DNA of 64,000 nucleotides from Roseibacillus sp. (GTDB taxonomy: Bacteria > Verrucomicrobiota > Verrucomicrobiia > Verrucomicrobiales > Akkermansiaceae): NCBI GenBank assembly GCA_051251855.1, contig JBPOGI010000003.1:1-64000 (forward strand), in the 5' to 3' direction. The notes below the pieces were generated by a model. It saw only the letters and a list, made by a program, of their open reading frames with translations, was not told where the DNA came from and searched no databases. Both the position numbers and the translations under genes were made by a program. This document shows, piece by piece, positions 54,950 to 64,000 of the stretch. Position 1 is the first letter of the stretch. Each line of letters begins with the position of its first letter.

Positions 54950-56017
54950 CTAACGTCGTCGTCCACGGTAACGTTCGCGGGGATCGTTTTCGGGAGTTTC
55001 TTCGTCCTTGTAGCCGAGGATGCCGTGGCGGCGGAGGTTCTTGATGAAGGTTTTGGTATCGGAATTGACTTCCTCGTCTTTGGTAAGGGTGCCGACGAGG
55101 CCTTCGTTGCTATTCAGAGTGTCGAGAGTTTGGCTTGCTTTGGAAAAGGTTTTCTCGGCCTCACCGACGGCTCCTTCGGCTTTGTCGGCGACGCGTTGTA
55201 GAGAGCGCATGGTTTCGGGGACTTCCTCTACGGCGGGACCGATGTTGGCGAGTTGAGCGTCGACTTCCTCGAAGGTGCCTTCCGCTTTCTGAGCGAGTTT
55301 GGTGACCTGGTTGATGGCATTGCGAGCATCGACGAGGAGAGGCTTGAGGTCGGCAGAGGCATTGCGTGCACCAAGGGACGCGTCTTCGACATTGGAGAGA
55401 GTGCGGTTCACGGAGGTGAGGTTATCGTCGGAGAGAAGACCGGTATTGATTTGTTCTACCGTTTCGCCGAGGCGTCCTGCTATGGATCGCACGTCGTCGA
55501 GGGCTGCATCGAATTTGAGTAAACTCGTACGGGCGTCGGCCATGAGAATGCGGGCATCACCGGCGACGGCAATGGCGTCATTTTGAATCGCTTCCAAGCC
55601 ACTGGCGCCTCCCCCGTCGATCATGCTTTTGTTGCCAAGGACTGCGCTGGTTGGGTTTTCGGGAATGCTGACGGAAATGAGTTTATCTCCCAGGACGGTG
55701 GCACTTTGGATTTGGAAGACGGCATCTGCAGGAAGAATGCGATTGGCGTCGATGGCAATGGGAACGAGGACTCGGGGCGGGGTCACGGATTCCAAGGTGG
55801 GCTTGCCGGAGACAGAGCCAATGCGGACACCGGCCAAGCGAACCGGAGTTCCGACGATGAGGCCACTGGCGTCGCTGAAGCGGACTTCGATATTGTACAC
55901 TTCGTCGTAAGAATTCTGGAAGCGTCCAAACTGTAGAATGAGCCATCCGAGGACAGCGAGACCAACGAAAATGAAGATGCCGACCAAAGTGGCGGTTCGT
56001 TGTTCTCCTGCTGCCAT
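54950..56017 (-). CDS. MCE/MlaD family protein
   Basis: VG.FI..GL, F.DASGL..G.PV.LAGV.IG.V, LGDK.I; helical C-terminus. Confidence 0.9.
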   Translation of the reverse strand: MAAGEQRTATLVGIFIFVGLAVLGWLILQFGRFQNSYDEVYNIEVRFSDASGLIVGTPVRLAGVRIGSVSGKPTLESVTPPRVLVPIAIDANRILPADAVFQIQSATVLGDKLISVSIPENPTSAVLGNKSMIDGGGASGLEAIQNDAIAVAGDARILMADARTSLLKFDAALDDVRSIAGRLGETVEQINTGLLSDDNLTSVNRTLSNVEDASLGARNASADLKPLLVDARNAINQVTKLAQKAEGTFEEVDAQLANIGPAVEEVPETMRSLQRVADKAEGAVGEAEKTFSKASQTLDTLNSNEGLVGTLTKDEEVNSDTKTFIKNLRRHGILGYKDEETPENDPRERYRGRRR

Positions 56018-56137
56018 CTGGGAAAAGGATCTCACACCCCTTCGCTGCTGTCAACGGGAGGAGTCTCTTGCGAGTCAATCTCTGCCGCGATCAGTCTCGC
56101 CTCTTGGCGTTCTTCGTGCTACTTGCATCCCATCAGT

Positions 56138-58825
56138 ATGGATGTTGAGAAGAAGCGACTTGTGGAGGACGAGGCTCGCGAGAAGAACTGGCGTCGATGG
56201 GGTCCCTATTTGAGTGAACGTCAGTGGGGCACGGTGCGTGAGGACTATTCTACTCATGGGAATAGCTGGGAGGCTTTTCCGCACGATCATTCCCGCAGTA
56301 GGGCCTATCGTTGGGGTGAGGATGGTTTGCAGGGATGGAGTGACCGCCAATGCCGGTTATGTTTTGCGCCAGCGCTTTGGAATGGGCAGGATGATATTCT
56401 TAAGGAGCGTCTCTTTGGATTGACGGGTCCAGAGGGGAATCATGGTGAGGATGTGAAGGAGTGTTATTACTATCTCGATTCTACTCCAACCCATTCTTAC
56501 ACCAAGGCGCTCTATAAATACCCTCAGGCCAAATTTCCCTATATTCGGCTTCGCGATGAGAACAAGGCACGGCGCCGTGATGAGCGGGAGTTGGAATTGG
56601 AAGAAACGGGGGTCTTCGATGAGGGTCGATACTTTGATGTGGTCCAAGAAGTTGCCAAGCGTTCTCCGGAAGATTTATTGTGGCGTATTACGGTGACCAA
56701 TAACGGTCCGGATGCATCTGAGATTCATGTTCTTCCTCAGCTTTGGTTTCGAAATACTTGGAAGTGGGGCAACGAGTACGAGGAACCAAGGACAAAACCT
56801 TCTATTAAGCTGGATGGAGATGGTCTTTTTGCGGACCATGATATTTTAGGTTCGTTCCGTTTCTTTGCGGCTGCTCCGGTGGTCAATGGTGAGGCTGCTC
56901 CGTGGCTCTTTACGGAGAACGAGACGAATTACCCAAGAATTTATAAGACCAAAGGCACCGGTCTCTATGTGAAGGATGCGTTTCATCGTTATCTGGCCAA
57001 TGGTAAGAAGCGGGCGGTCAATCCCGAACAGACAGGAACGAAGGCGGCTGCTCACTTTGCTCTCATGGTTCCTGCGGGCGAGACGGTGACAGTGCAGTGT
57101 CGTCTTCATGCGGTGGAGGAGGACAATGGGCTCAGTGGTTTGGAGCAATTCGAGGAGACTTTTGCAGAGAGGATTGCGGAGGCGAATCAATTCTATCAGG
57201 AGGTGATTCCCGATAATCTTTCTCGCGACGAGGAGATGATTTGTCGGCAGGGCTATGCTGGACTTTTGTGGACCAAACAGTTCTTCTACTATGTGATTAA
57301 GGATTGGTTGGAAGGTGACAAGGATGGTCCTTCTCCTCCCAGTGAACGTCTCACTGGACGGAACTCGGATTGGCAGCACTTCTTTGCGCGAGACATTCTT
57401 TCGATGCCTGACAAGTGGGAGTACCCATGGTTTGCGGCTTGGGATACGGCCTTTCACATGATCCCGTTTGCCAAATTGGATCCTTCCTTTACCAAGCATC
57501 AGCTACTGCTGCTCTTACGGGAGTGGTATATGCATCCCAATGGGCAGATGCCTGCTTACGAATGGAATTTTTCGGATGTGAATCCGCCTGTCCATGCGTG
57601 GGCGGTGTGGCGTGTTTATAAAATCGCAGATGCGAAGGGTGAGCGTGACCTGGACTTTCTTGAGCGTTGTTTTCAGAAGCTACTCATTAATTTTACTTGG
57701 TGGGTGAATCGCAAGGATGTGGAAGGGAATCACGTTTTTGGCGGGGGCTTCCTTGGTTTGGATAATATTGGAGTCTTTGACCGTTCGCACTCGTTGCCGA
57801 GCGGGTCGGTGTTGCATCAGGCTGACGGTACAGCATGGATGGGCTTCTATTGTCTCACTATGTTGTCGATGGCACTAGAGTTGGCTCCAACGCGCCCGCC
57901 CTATGAAGATATTGCTTCCAAGTTTCTGGAGCATTTTGTGAGCATCACGGACGCTATGAATTCTTTGGATGGCAGCGGCTTGTGGGACGAAGAGGACGGA
58001 TTTTACTACGATATCCTCAAGATTGAGGGTGAGAAGAGTGTGCCGATGAAGATTCGTTCCTTGGTGGGCTTGTTGCCGATGATTGGGGTGACGGTGATTA
58101 AGCAGAAGACGCTGGATTCGCTCCCGGGTTTTCGTAAGCGGATGGACTGGTTCCTCACCAATCGCCCTGAGTTACTGCATTACATCGACGTCCGTCGGGT
58201 AGAGGGACAGAAGAATGCGGGACGGGTCTTGTTAGCCATTCCTCCTGAAGATCGTCTGCTGAAGACTTTGCACCGCCTGTTGGACTCTAACGAATTTCTT
58301 TCGGACTTTGGAATTCGCTCTCTCAGCAAGGCGCATGGCGAGGATCCCTTTGTCTTCTCCCATGATGGGCAGAAGAACAAGGTGAGCTATGTCCCGGGAG
58401 AGTCTGATACTGGGATGTTTGGGGGGAATTCGAATTGGCGGGGGCCCATTTGGTTTCCGACTAATTTTTTGATCATCGAGGCTTTGGAGCGCTATCACTA
58501 CTTCTATGGCGATAGTCTAAAGGTTGATTTTCCAAGTGGTTCAGGCAATCAGATGAATCTCAAGGAGGTGGCGATAAATCTTTGCGATCGCCTGATTTCT
58601 CTCTTTGTTCCTGATGAGGAGGGCAACCGTCCCTGCTATGGTGAGGATAATCGTCATGGTGAGGTGGATCATTGGAAGGATTTGATTCTTTTCCACGAGT
58701 ACTTTCATGGTGAGACTGGGGAAGGATTGGGTGCCTCTCATCAGACGGGTTGGACTTCTTTGGTGGTTCGACTTGTTCGTGAAAGACGAGAGAAGCTCAC
58801 CTGTGAAACCGAGGAGTGGGATTAA
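56138..58825 (+). CDS. GH63 / MGH1-like glycoside hydrolase
   Basis: [45 protein letters not shown]. Confidence 0.93.
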   Translation: MDVEKKRLVEDEAREKNWRRWGPYLSERQWGTVREDYSTHGNSWEAFPHDHSRSRAYRWGEDGLQGWSDRQCRLCFAPALWNGQDDILKERLFGLTGPEGNHGEDVKECYYYLDSTPTHSYTKALYKYPQAKFPYIRLRDENKARRRDERELELEETGVFDEGRYFDVVQEVAKRSPEDLLWRITVTNNGPDASEIHVLPQLWFRNTWKWGNEYEEPRTKPSIKLDGDGLFADHDILGSFRFFAAAPVVNGEAAPWLFTENETNYPRIYKTKGTGLYVKDAFHRYLANGKKRAVNPEQTGTKAAAHFALMVPAGETVTVQCRLHAVEEDNGLSGLEQFEETFAERIAEANQFYQEVIPDNLSRDEEMICRQGYAGLLWTKQFFYYVIKDWLEGDKDGPSPPSERLTGRNSDWQHFFARDILSMPDKWEYPWFAAWDTAFHMIPFAKLDPSFTKHQLLLLLREWYMHPNGQMPAYEWNFSDVNPPVHAWAVWRVYKIADAKGERDLDFLERCFQKLLINFTWWVNRKDVEGNHVFGGGFLGLDNIGVFDRSHSLPSGSVLHQADGTAWMGFYCLTMLSMALELAPTRPPYEDIASKFLEHFVSITDAMNSLDGSGLWDEEDGFYYDILKIEGEKSVPMKIRSLVGLLPMIGVTVIKQKTLDSLPGFRKRMDWFLTNRPELLHYIDVRRVEGQKNAGRVLLAIPPEDRLLKTLHRLLDSNEFLSDFGIRSLSKAHGEDPFVFSHDGQKNKVSYVPGESDTGMFGGNSNWRGPIWFPTNFLIIEALERYHYFYGDSLKVDFPSGSGNQMNLKEVAINLCDRLISLFVPDEEGNRPCYGEDNRHGEVDHWKDLILFHEYFHGETGEGLGASHQTGWTSLVVRLVRERREKLTCETEEWD

Positions 58826-59145
58826 TGGAAAAAGCAGAACGACATATTTTTCTCTGTGCTTTGCCAACAAAGGCGAAGTGTTGTCAAGAGGTTGAAGGCG
58901 AGGCCGCTTGGGGCTTTCTCAAGCGACGGTTGGCGGAGTTATCTCTCGGTGAGCCGAAGTTGAAGGTGCATCGTTCCAAGGCTGATTGTCTGCGGGTTTG
59001 TGAGAATGGGCCGGTAGCAGTGGTTTATCCGGAGGGGGTTTGGTATCGGGATTGCACACCAGAGAATCTGGAGAAAATTATCCAGGCCCACCTGTTAGAA
59101 GGTGAAGTCGTAGAGGAACTCCGCATCGAGGAGCCGAGGCCTTAG
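58825..59145 (+). CDS. Thioredoxin-like [2Fe-2S] ferredoxin
   Basis: HIFLC, CL..C..GP..VVYPEG.WY. Confidence 0.92.
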   Translation: MEKAERHIFLCALPTKAKCCQEVEGEAAWGFLKRRLAELSLGEPKLKVHRSKADCLRVCENGPVAVVYPEGVWYRDCTPENLEKIIQAHLLEGEVVEELRIEEPRP

Positions 59146-59184
59146 ATCATCAATAGTGGTGGGGCCGCCGTCGCCCCACCGTTG

Positions 59185-59856
59185 TTATAGCGTGCCTTCG
59201 CGGATTTCGCTGTCGAAGTTGGATTGGAGGTATTGGCCGGTTTCGACGTGGAGTCCGGTGAGCCATCCTCCCCTACCGACGTCGGTGTCGATGCAGACGG
59301 CGTGACCGAGGTTGAGAGGCTCATGTGATTTCTGGGCGGTATGGCCGCAAATCATGGTTTTGCCGGAGATGTGTGGGCGGGGATAGCCGTAGAGAGGGTG
59401 GTTGAACTTCTGATGGACGAGGGTGTAGGGAAGCTGCTCGGCGAGGGGGACTTCGGCTTCCAAGTAGGCGTGGACGAAGATGTGGCTGTCTGTTTCGACG
59501 AAGGGTTTGTTGCGGAAGAGGAAGGCCCAGTGTTCTTCGGGGACATCGTCCATGCCATTGGGCCCGTAAGAATCGAGGGTTTCTTGGCCACCCCAGACGT
59601 CGACCCAGTGTGCGTGGTCGGTGTGATCAATACGGGAGAGGACGAACTTTTCTTCGTGATTGCCGCAGAGGAAGTCGATGTTGAAGTGCTTCTCTTGTTC
59701 GATAAGAAAGTCGATGACCTCCTTGGAGTGTGCTCCGCGATCGACGTAGTCGCCTACAAAGATGATGTGGTCTTCTGGCTGAGGGTCGAGGGCTTTCCAA
59801 AGGGTGAGGAGGGGCTCGAGGCAACCGTGAATGTCGCTGATAGCAAGTGTTCTCAT
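59185..59856 (-). CDS. PPP-family Ser/Thr phosphatase (metallophosphoesterase)
   Basis: SDIHG, GDYVDRG, GNHE, GHT, IDT. Confidence 0.93.
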   Translation of the reverse strand: MRTLAISDIHGCLEPLLTLWKALDPQPEDHIIFVGDYVDRGAHSKEVIDFLIEQEKHFNIDFLCGNHEEKFVLSRIDHTDHAHWVDVWGGQETLDSYGPNGMDDVPEEHWAFLFRNKPFVETDSHIFVHAYLEAEVPLAEQLPYTLVHQKFNHPLYGYPRPHISGKTMICGHTAQKSHEPLNLGHAVCIDTDVGRGGWLTGLHVETGQYLQSNFDSEIREGTL

Positions 59857-59923
59857 GTCTTGGAAACATTCTTACCACTAAGACCGACCTGTAAAGGGTC
59901 GGTTGTTGCTGTTGTAACTGAAA

Positions 59924-60937
59924 CTAGCTTTGAGACTGGGTTTGAGTGGTTTCTGTTACGTTTTCCGCTTCCTCCTTTTCGTCAGCTTGATCCCCTGTAT
60001 AGGTGTAGGCTTCGTTGATGTTTTCGCTGATGGTGTTGAGATTCTTTTGGACTTCGTCAAGGAAGTCGTGAAGCTCACCTTCGATTTCTCCCGAGAAGGC
60101 GTCAAGTTGGAGCTGAGCGAGAAAGCGTCCACAGCTTTGTTCGGCTTCGTTATTAAAGCGACCGAGGGCAGAGCCAGAAAGGTTGTGCAGGACGTTGTTG
60201 ACCTCGCGGACGCAGTAGAGGATGGATTGTGGGAATACGGAGCTAAAGACGAGGGCCTCGTTGAGTCGGGGCCAGTCGGTTTCGGTATTGCCAAAGCCCC
60301 GCTGGGAGCCGGAGCCACAGCCTCGCATGATGCAGAGCCAGACGTAGGGTTCGAAGGCCTTTCCTTCCTCATCGCCTTCGCCCGGCATGAAATACCGGAG
60401 GTCTAACAAGCGAGAGGATTGGTCTGCGCGTTCGAGCATGGTGCCGAGGCGGAGAAAGCACCAAGCTTCCTCACGGGGCATCATTTCTTCGATGAGGCCG
60501 CGGATCTGAAGGCAGCCTTGCCGGACTCGAGCGCCATAAATGGCGGGATTGATTGTCGACTTGGACTTGGACTGTTCTTTGCACCAGAGGTAAAGTTCGT
60601 TGAGGACTTCCCAGAGCTCGGAGGACAGTTGTTCGCGAGCACCGCGGGCGTTCTCGCGGGCGAAGGAAATATTTCTGAAGACGGATTCGTAGTTCTCGTT
60701 ATCGACGAGGAGATAGCGGTGAAAGTCTTCTTTGGTCTTGAGCTTTTCAATGGCGCCGAGCTCATAGCCATAAGTTTGCAGGATGGGTTTCCAGAACAAG
60801 TCGGTGGAGTCTAGATTGGGATGCCTATAGTCGAGAGCCAGTTGGTCGGCGACTTCAACGAGGCGGGCGAGGCTTTTGGCGCGTTCGATATAGCGGGATA
60901 GCCACATCAAGGATTCGGCAACTCGGGAGAGCATCAT
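59924..60937 (-). CDS. Alpha-E domain protein (DUF403)
   Basis: MLSRVAE...W..RY.ERA, ARENAR..RE, LG..LERAD...RLL. Confidence 0.92.
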   Translation of the reverse strand: MMLSRVAESLMWLSRYIERAKSLARLVEVADQLALDYRHPNLDSTDLFWKPILQTYGYELGAIEKLKTKEDFHRYLLVDNENYESVFRNISFARENARGAREQLSSELWEVLNELYLWCKEQSKSKSTINPAIYGARVRQGCLQIRGLIEEMMPREEAWCFLRLGTMLERADQSSRLLDLRYFMPGEGDEEGKAFEPYVWLCIMRGCGSGSQRGFGNTETDWPRLNEALVFSSVFPQSILYCVREVNNVLHNLSGSALGRFNNEAEQSCGRFLAQLQLDAFSGEIEGELHDFLDEVQKNLNTISENINEAYTYTGDQADEKEEAENVTETTQTQSQS

Positions 60938-60966
60938 AAAATTGGGGTTTTGAAAGTTTGGTTAGG

Positions 60967-62397
60967 TTAGTAGAGGACCCAGGTGTCTTTGCTGCCACCG
61001 CCTTGGGAAGAGTTGACGACGATGGAGCCTTCGTTGAGTGCTACGCGAGTGAGGCCACCGGGAACAACGCGGGTTTTTTTCCCTGCGAGAATGTAGGGCC
61101 GGAGGTCAATGTGTCGGGGAGCGATTTTGTCGTCGCAGAAGGTGGGATGGGTTGAAAGTGAAATCATGGGCTGAGCCACGTAGTTGCGCGGGGACTCTTT
61201 GATTTTTCCACGAAACTCTTCGATCTCTTCTTTGGTAGATTTAGGCCCGACGAGCATTCCGTAACCTCCTGATTCGTTGGCCGCTTTGACGACGAGTTGA
61301 TCGAGGTTTTCCATGATGTGGCTCATCTCACTTTCTTCGGAGGCGAGGTAGGTTTCGACATTGGGGAGGATGGGATCTTCATCGAGGTAATATTTGATGA
61401 AGTCGGGCACGTATTTGTAGACGACTTTGTCGTCGGCGACACCGGTGCCAACGGTATTGGCGAGGGCGACGTTGCCAGCGCGGTAGGCACGCATGAGGCC
61501 GGGGACACCTAACATGGAATCTTTGCGGAAGACTTCGGGGTCGAGGAAGTCGTCGTCAATACGACGATAAATGACGTCGACGCGCTTGGGGCCGCGAGTG
61601 GTCTTCATATAGACGACGTCGTTGTCGACCATGAGGTCACGGCCTTCCACGATTTGGATACCCATACGGCTGGCGAGAAAGGAATGTTCGAAGTAGGCGC
61701 TGTTGTAGACTCCGGGGGTGAGGAGGACACAGACGGGGTTCGGCACGTCTGGAGGACTGAGGTCTTCGAGAACTTCAACGAGCCAGTCGCTGTAGACGTC
61801 TACGGGGCGCACGCCCATCTCCTGAAAGAGAGAGGGGTAGACTTTTTTCATGGCGGCGCGGTTCTCTAACAAGTAGCTGGCTCCGGAAGGGCAGCGACAG
61901 TTATCTTCGAGAACGAGGTAACCATTTTTTTCGTCGCGAATAAGGTCGGTGCCGCAGATTTGGACGTAGCTATCGTTGGGAACTTTGACTCCCCTGAGTT
62001 CGTCGCGGTAGTGGGCCGCAGTGTAGACGGTCTCTTTGGGGATGATCTTGTCCTTGATGACTTTTTGGTCGGAGTAGATGTCCTTGAGAAAGGCGTTGAG
62101 GGCTTCGATACGCTGGACGAGGCCTTTTTCCAAGACGGTCCATTCGTCGCCGGGAATGACCCGAGGGACGGGGTCGAAGGGAAAGATGCGTTCGGTACCT
62201 TCGTTGTCGTTGTAGACGGTGAAGGTAATACCCTGCTTAAGAAAAGAGAGGCTGAGAGTGGTTTGAATGGACTGCAGTTCCTCGGATGAAACATCTCCTA
62301 GTCGCTCGACAACCGCTTGATAGTGGGCTCGGAATTCGCCCGAAGATTGAAAGGCTTCATCGAAGGCCTCAGCTGGTTGGTAGTTGTCAAAGAGCAT
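60967..62397 (-). CDS. Circularly permuted type 2 ATP-grasp protein
   Basis: GITF.VY, VLEDN.R.PSG, NSAYFEH, VIYRRIDD, VVNSSQGGGSKDTWV. Confidence 0.94.
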   Translation of the reverse strand: MLFDNYQPAEAFDEAFQSSGEFRAHYQAVVERLGDVSSEELQSIQTTLSLSFLKQGITFTVYNDNEGTERIFPFDPVPRVIPGDEWTVLEKGLVQRIEALNAFLKDIYSDQKVIKDKIIPKETVYTAAHYRDELRGVKVPNDSYVQICGTDLIRDEKNGYLVLEDNCRCPSGASYLLENRAAMKKVYPSLFQEMGVRPVDVYSDWLVEVLEDLSPPDVPNPVCVLLTPGVYNSAYFEHSFLASRMGIQIVEGRDLMVDNDVVYMKTTRGPKRVDVIYRRIDDDFLDPEVFRKDSMLGVPGLMRAYRAGNVALANTVGTGVADDKVVYKYVPDFIKYYLDEDPILPNVETYLASEESEMSHIMENLDQLVVKAANESGGYGMLVGPKSTKEEIEEFRGKIKESPRNYVAQPMISLSTHPTFCDDKIAPRHIDLRPYILAGKKTRVVPGGLTRVALNEGSIVVNSSQGGGSKDTWVLY

Positions 62398-62528
62398 ATT
62401 TGTGGTAACGGAGTCGGCGTTCACGCGAGTTTGGCTGGTTTTCAATTTCTGGCAAGAGTTGGCCCTCAATGAGCTAACTAAACTTACGAGGCTGCTCCCT
62501 TCACCCTGCGTTTAGCAAATTCTAGGCC

Positions 62529-64000
62529 ATGTCCATCCATTGTTCACTGCACCACAAGACAAGTTATCACTACAAACGCCCTGTCCAGTTGGGCCCACAA
62601 GTCGTTCGATTGAGGCCCGCCCCTCATTCAAGAACTGCCGTAACTGCCTATTCTTTAAAGATTTCGCCCGAAAAGCATTTCTTGAATTGGCAACAGGATA
62701 CACAGGGGAACTTTTTGGCACGGCTGGTTTTTCCGGAGCCGGTGAAGTCGTTAGAAATCGAGGTGAACCTCATTGCGGACCTCTCCCCTATCAATCCCTT
62801 CGACTTTTTTGTCGATAAAGAGGCGGAGAATTATCCTTTCGATTATCCCGAGGAATTGCAGGACGAGTTGAGGCCGTTTCTGGCGATTGACGCGGGGGAC
62901 GCTCGTAGTGATGAGCTGATAGCTTTTCAGGATACCCTTAAGCTCCCCAAAAAGCTGACTATTAATGAGTTCCTAGTTAAGGTGAATCAGGTGGTGAGCG
63001 AGACGGTGGGCTATACCATTCGGATGGAACCCGGGGTGCAGTCGCCGCAGGAAACTCTTCTCAAGCGTACGGGGTCGTGCCGGGATTCGGCGTGGCTGTT
63101 GATTAATCTGATGCGTCGCCTCGGAATCGCGGCGCGCTTTTGTTCGGGATATTTGATTCAGCTCAAAGCGGATTTGAAGCCGACTGATGGCGGGGCGGAG
63201 GGTCCTTCGGAGGATTTTACGGACTTGCACGCATGGGCGGAGGTCTATTTGCCGGGTGCCGGTTGGGTGGGGTTGGACCCGACTTCGGGGCTTTTGGCTG
63301 GTGAAGGACATATCCCACTTTGTGCGACGGCGCATTATCGTGATGCCGCTCCCTTGACAGGAAGTCTCATGGAGGCCGATGAAATCGAGACGGAGTTCGA
63401 ATTCGACATGAAGGTGGATCGGGTGGCGGAGACCCCCCGCGTGACTCTGCCTTACAACGGGGACCAAGAAGCAGCGATTGAGAAGCTGGGCCATGAGCTC
63501 GACAAGCGGATTAAGAAGCAGGACATGCGTCTCACAATGGGTGGGGAGCCGACCTTTGTCTCCGCGAGCGAGATGGAGACTGCGGAGTGGAATACCGATG
63601 CCATTGGACCGACGAAGGAGGGCTACGGAGAGACTCTTTTGCGGAAGCTCTATGATAAATTTTCGCCCGGTGGTTTTTTGCACCATGGGCAAGGTAAGTG
63701 GTATCCAGGGGAACCCCTCCCCCGCTGGGCCTATACTTCGTATTGGCGTCAGGATGGTCAGGCGATTTGGACGGACCCTTCTCTTTTTGGGCGTCCGGAT
63801 AAGGACTACGGTCACGATGCTAAGACGTCGGAGGCTTTTACGAAGTTGCTCGCTAAGAATTTGGGTCTCACAGACCGGTATGCGCGGGCGGCCTTTGAGG
63901 ATCTCTATTACTATATGTGGAAGGAGCGTCGTCTTCCCGTTAATGTCTCGGTGGAAGATTCTCGTCTAGACGACAAGTTGGAGCGCGCGACGATTGCACG
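62529..64000 (+). CDS. Transglutaminase + DUF2126 (putative amidoligase) protein, truncated by window end
   Basis: Hand translation MSIHCSLHHKTSYHY...VRLRPAPH...; GSCRDSAWLL, DLHAWAEVYLPGAGW.GLDPT, LTMGGEPTFVS; absent from the ORF track because there is no stop in the window. Confidence 0.92.
   Translation, partial: MSIHCSLHHKTSYHYKRPVQLGPQVVRLRPAPHSRTAVTAYSLKISPEKHFLNWQQDTQGNFLARLVFPEPVKSLEIEVNLIADLSPINPFDFFVDKEAENYPFDYPEELQDELRPFLAIDAGDARSDELIAFQDTLKLPKKLTINEFLVKVNQVVSETVGYTIRMEPGVQSPQETLLKRTGSCRDSAWLLINLMRRLGIAARFCSGYLIQLKADLKPTDGGAEGPSEDFTDLHAWAEVYLPGAGWVGLDPTSGLLAGEGHIPLCATAHYRDAAPLTGSLMEADEIETEFEFDMKVDRVAETPRVTLPYNGDQEAAIEKLGHELDKRIKKQDMRLTMGGEPTFVSASEMETAEWNTDAIGPTKEGYGETLLRKLYDKFSPGGFLHHGQGKWYPGEPLPRWAYTSYWRQDGQAIWTDPSLFGRPDKDYGHDAKTSEAFTKLLAKNLGLTDRYARAAFEDLYYYMWKERRLPVNVSVEDSRLDDKLERATIA

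Noticed and set aside
56000..56137. Upstream start of the GH63 ORF
   Set aside because: Overlaps the divergent MlaD gene start; the conserved sequence begins at MDVEKK
62973..63969. ORFs 62973-63815 (-) and 63478-63969 (+)
   Set aside because: Shadow frames of the transglutaminase-DUF2126 gene starting at 62529
1..64000. tRNA, rRNA, prophage or full-length IS
   Set aside because: No tRNA T-loop cloverleaf, rRNA signature, phage structural gene or transposase recognised by eye; tRNAscan-SE and Infernal would be needed to exclude them

Overview
Bacterial chromosomal window, most likely Verrucomicrobia (inferred from gene content: sulfatases, DUF1552/DUF1592 cluster, a shared C-terminal motif on secreted proteins). 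Bases 1-7313 are an integron. A long integron integrase (5922-7313, +) is divergent from a cassette array on the minus strand with an attI-like site (~5781-5865), 11 attC sites of 128-134 bp and 12 cassettes; the array runs off the left edge. The array is the most unusual part. It holds three related cassettes with no long ORF built from a ~45-bp repeat, one cassette whose gene is inverted and starts inside its own attC loop, immunity-like cassettes (SMI1/KNR4, DUF4375/DMP19-like), and a consensus TTGACA-N15-TATAAT promoter next to the crossover point. The rest is mostly housekeeping or lineage-typical: two sulfatases, ileS-lspA, GH10-like protein, ankyrin/DUF1552/DUF1592 operon, tsaE, rplU-rpmA-trmL, CHAT protease, TPS-domain protein, prolyl oligopeptidase, BACON-repeat metalloprotease, ribD, DUF58-transglutaminase, 2-oxoacid oxidoreductase, MlaD, GH63 and an ATP-grasp/alpha-E/transglutaminase locus. 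There are also two MITE-like elements, REP-like repeats and a candidate sRNA. No rRNA, tRNA or CRISPR was seen. Protein calls come from motif recognition by eye, not from database searches.
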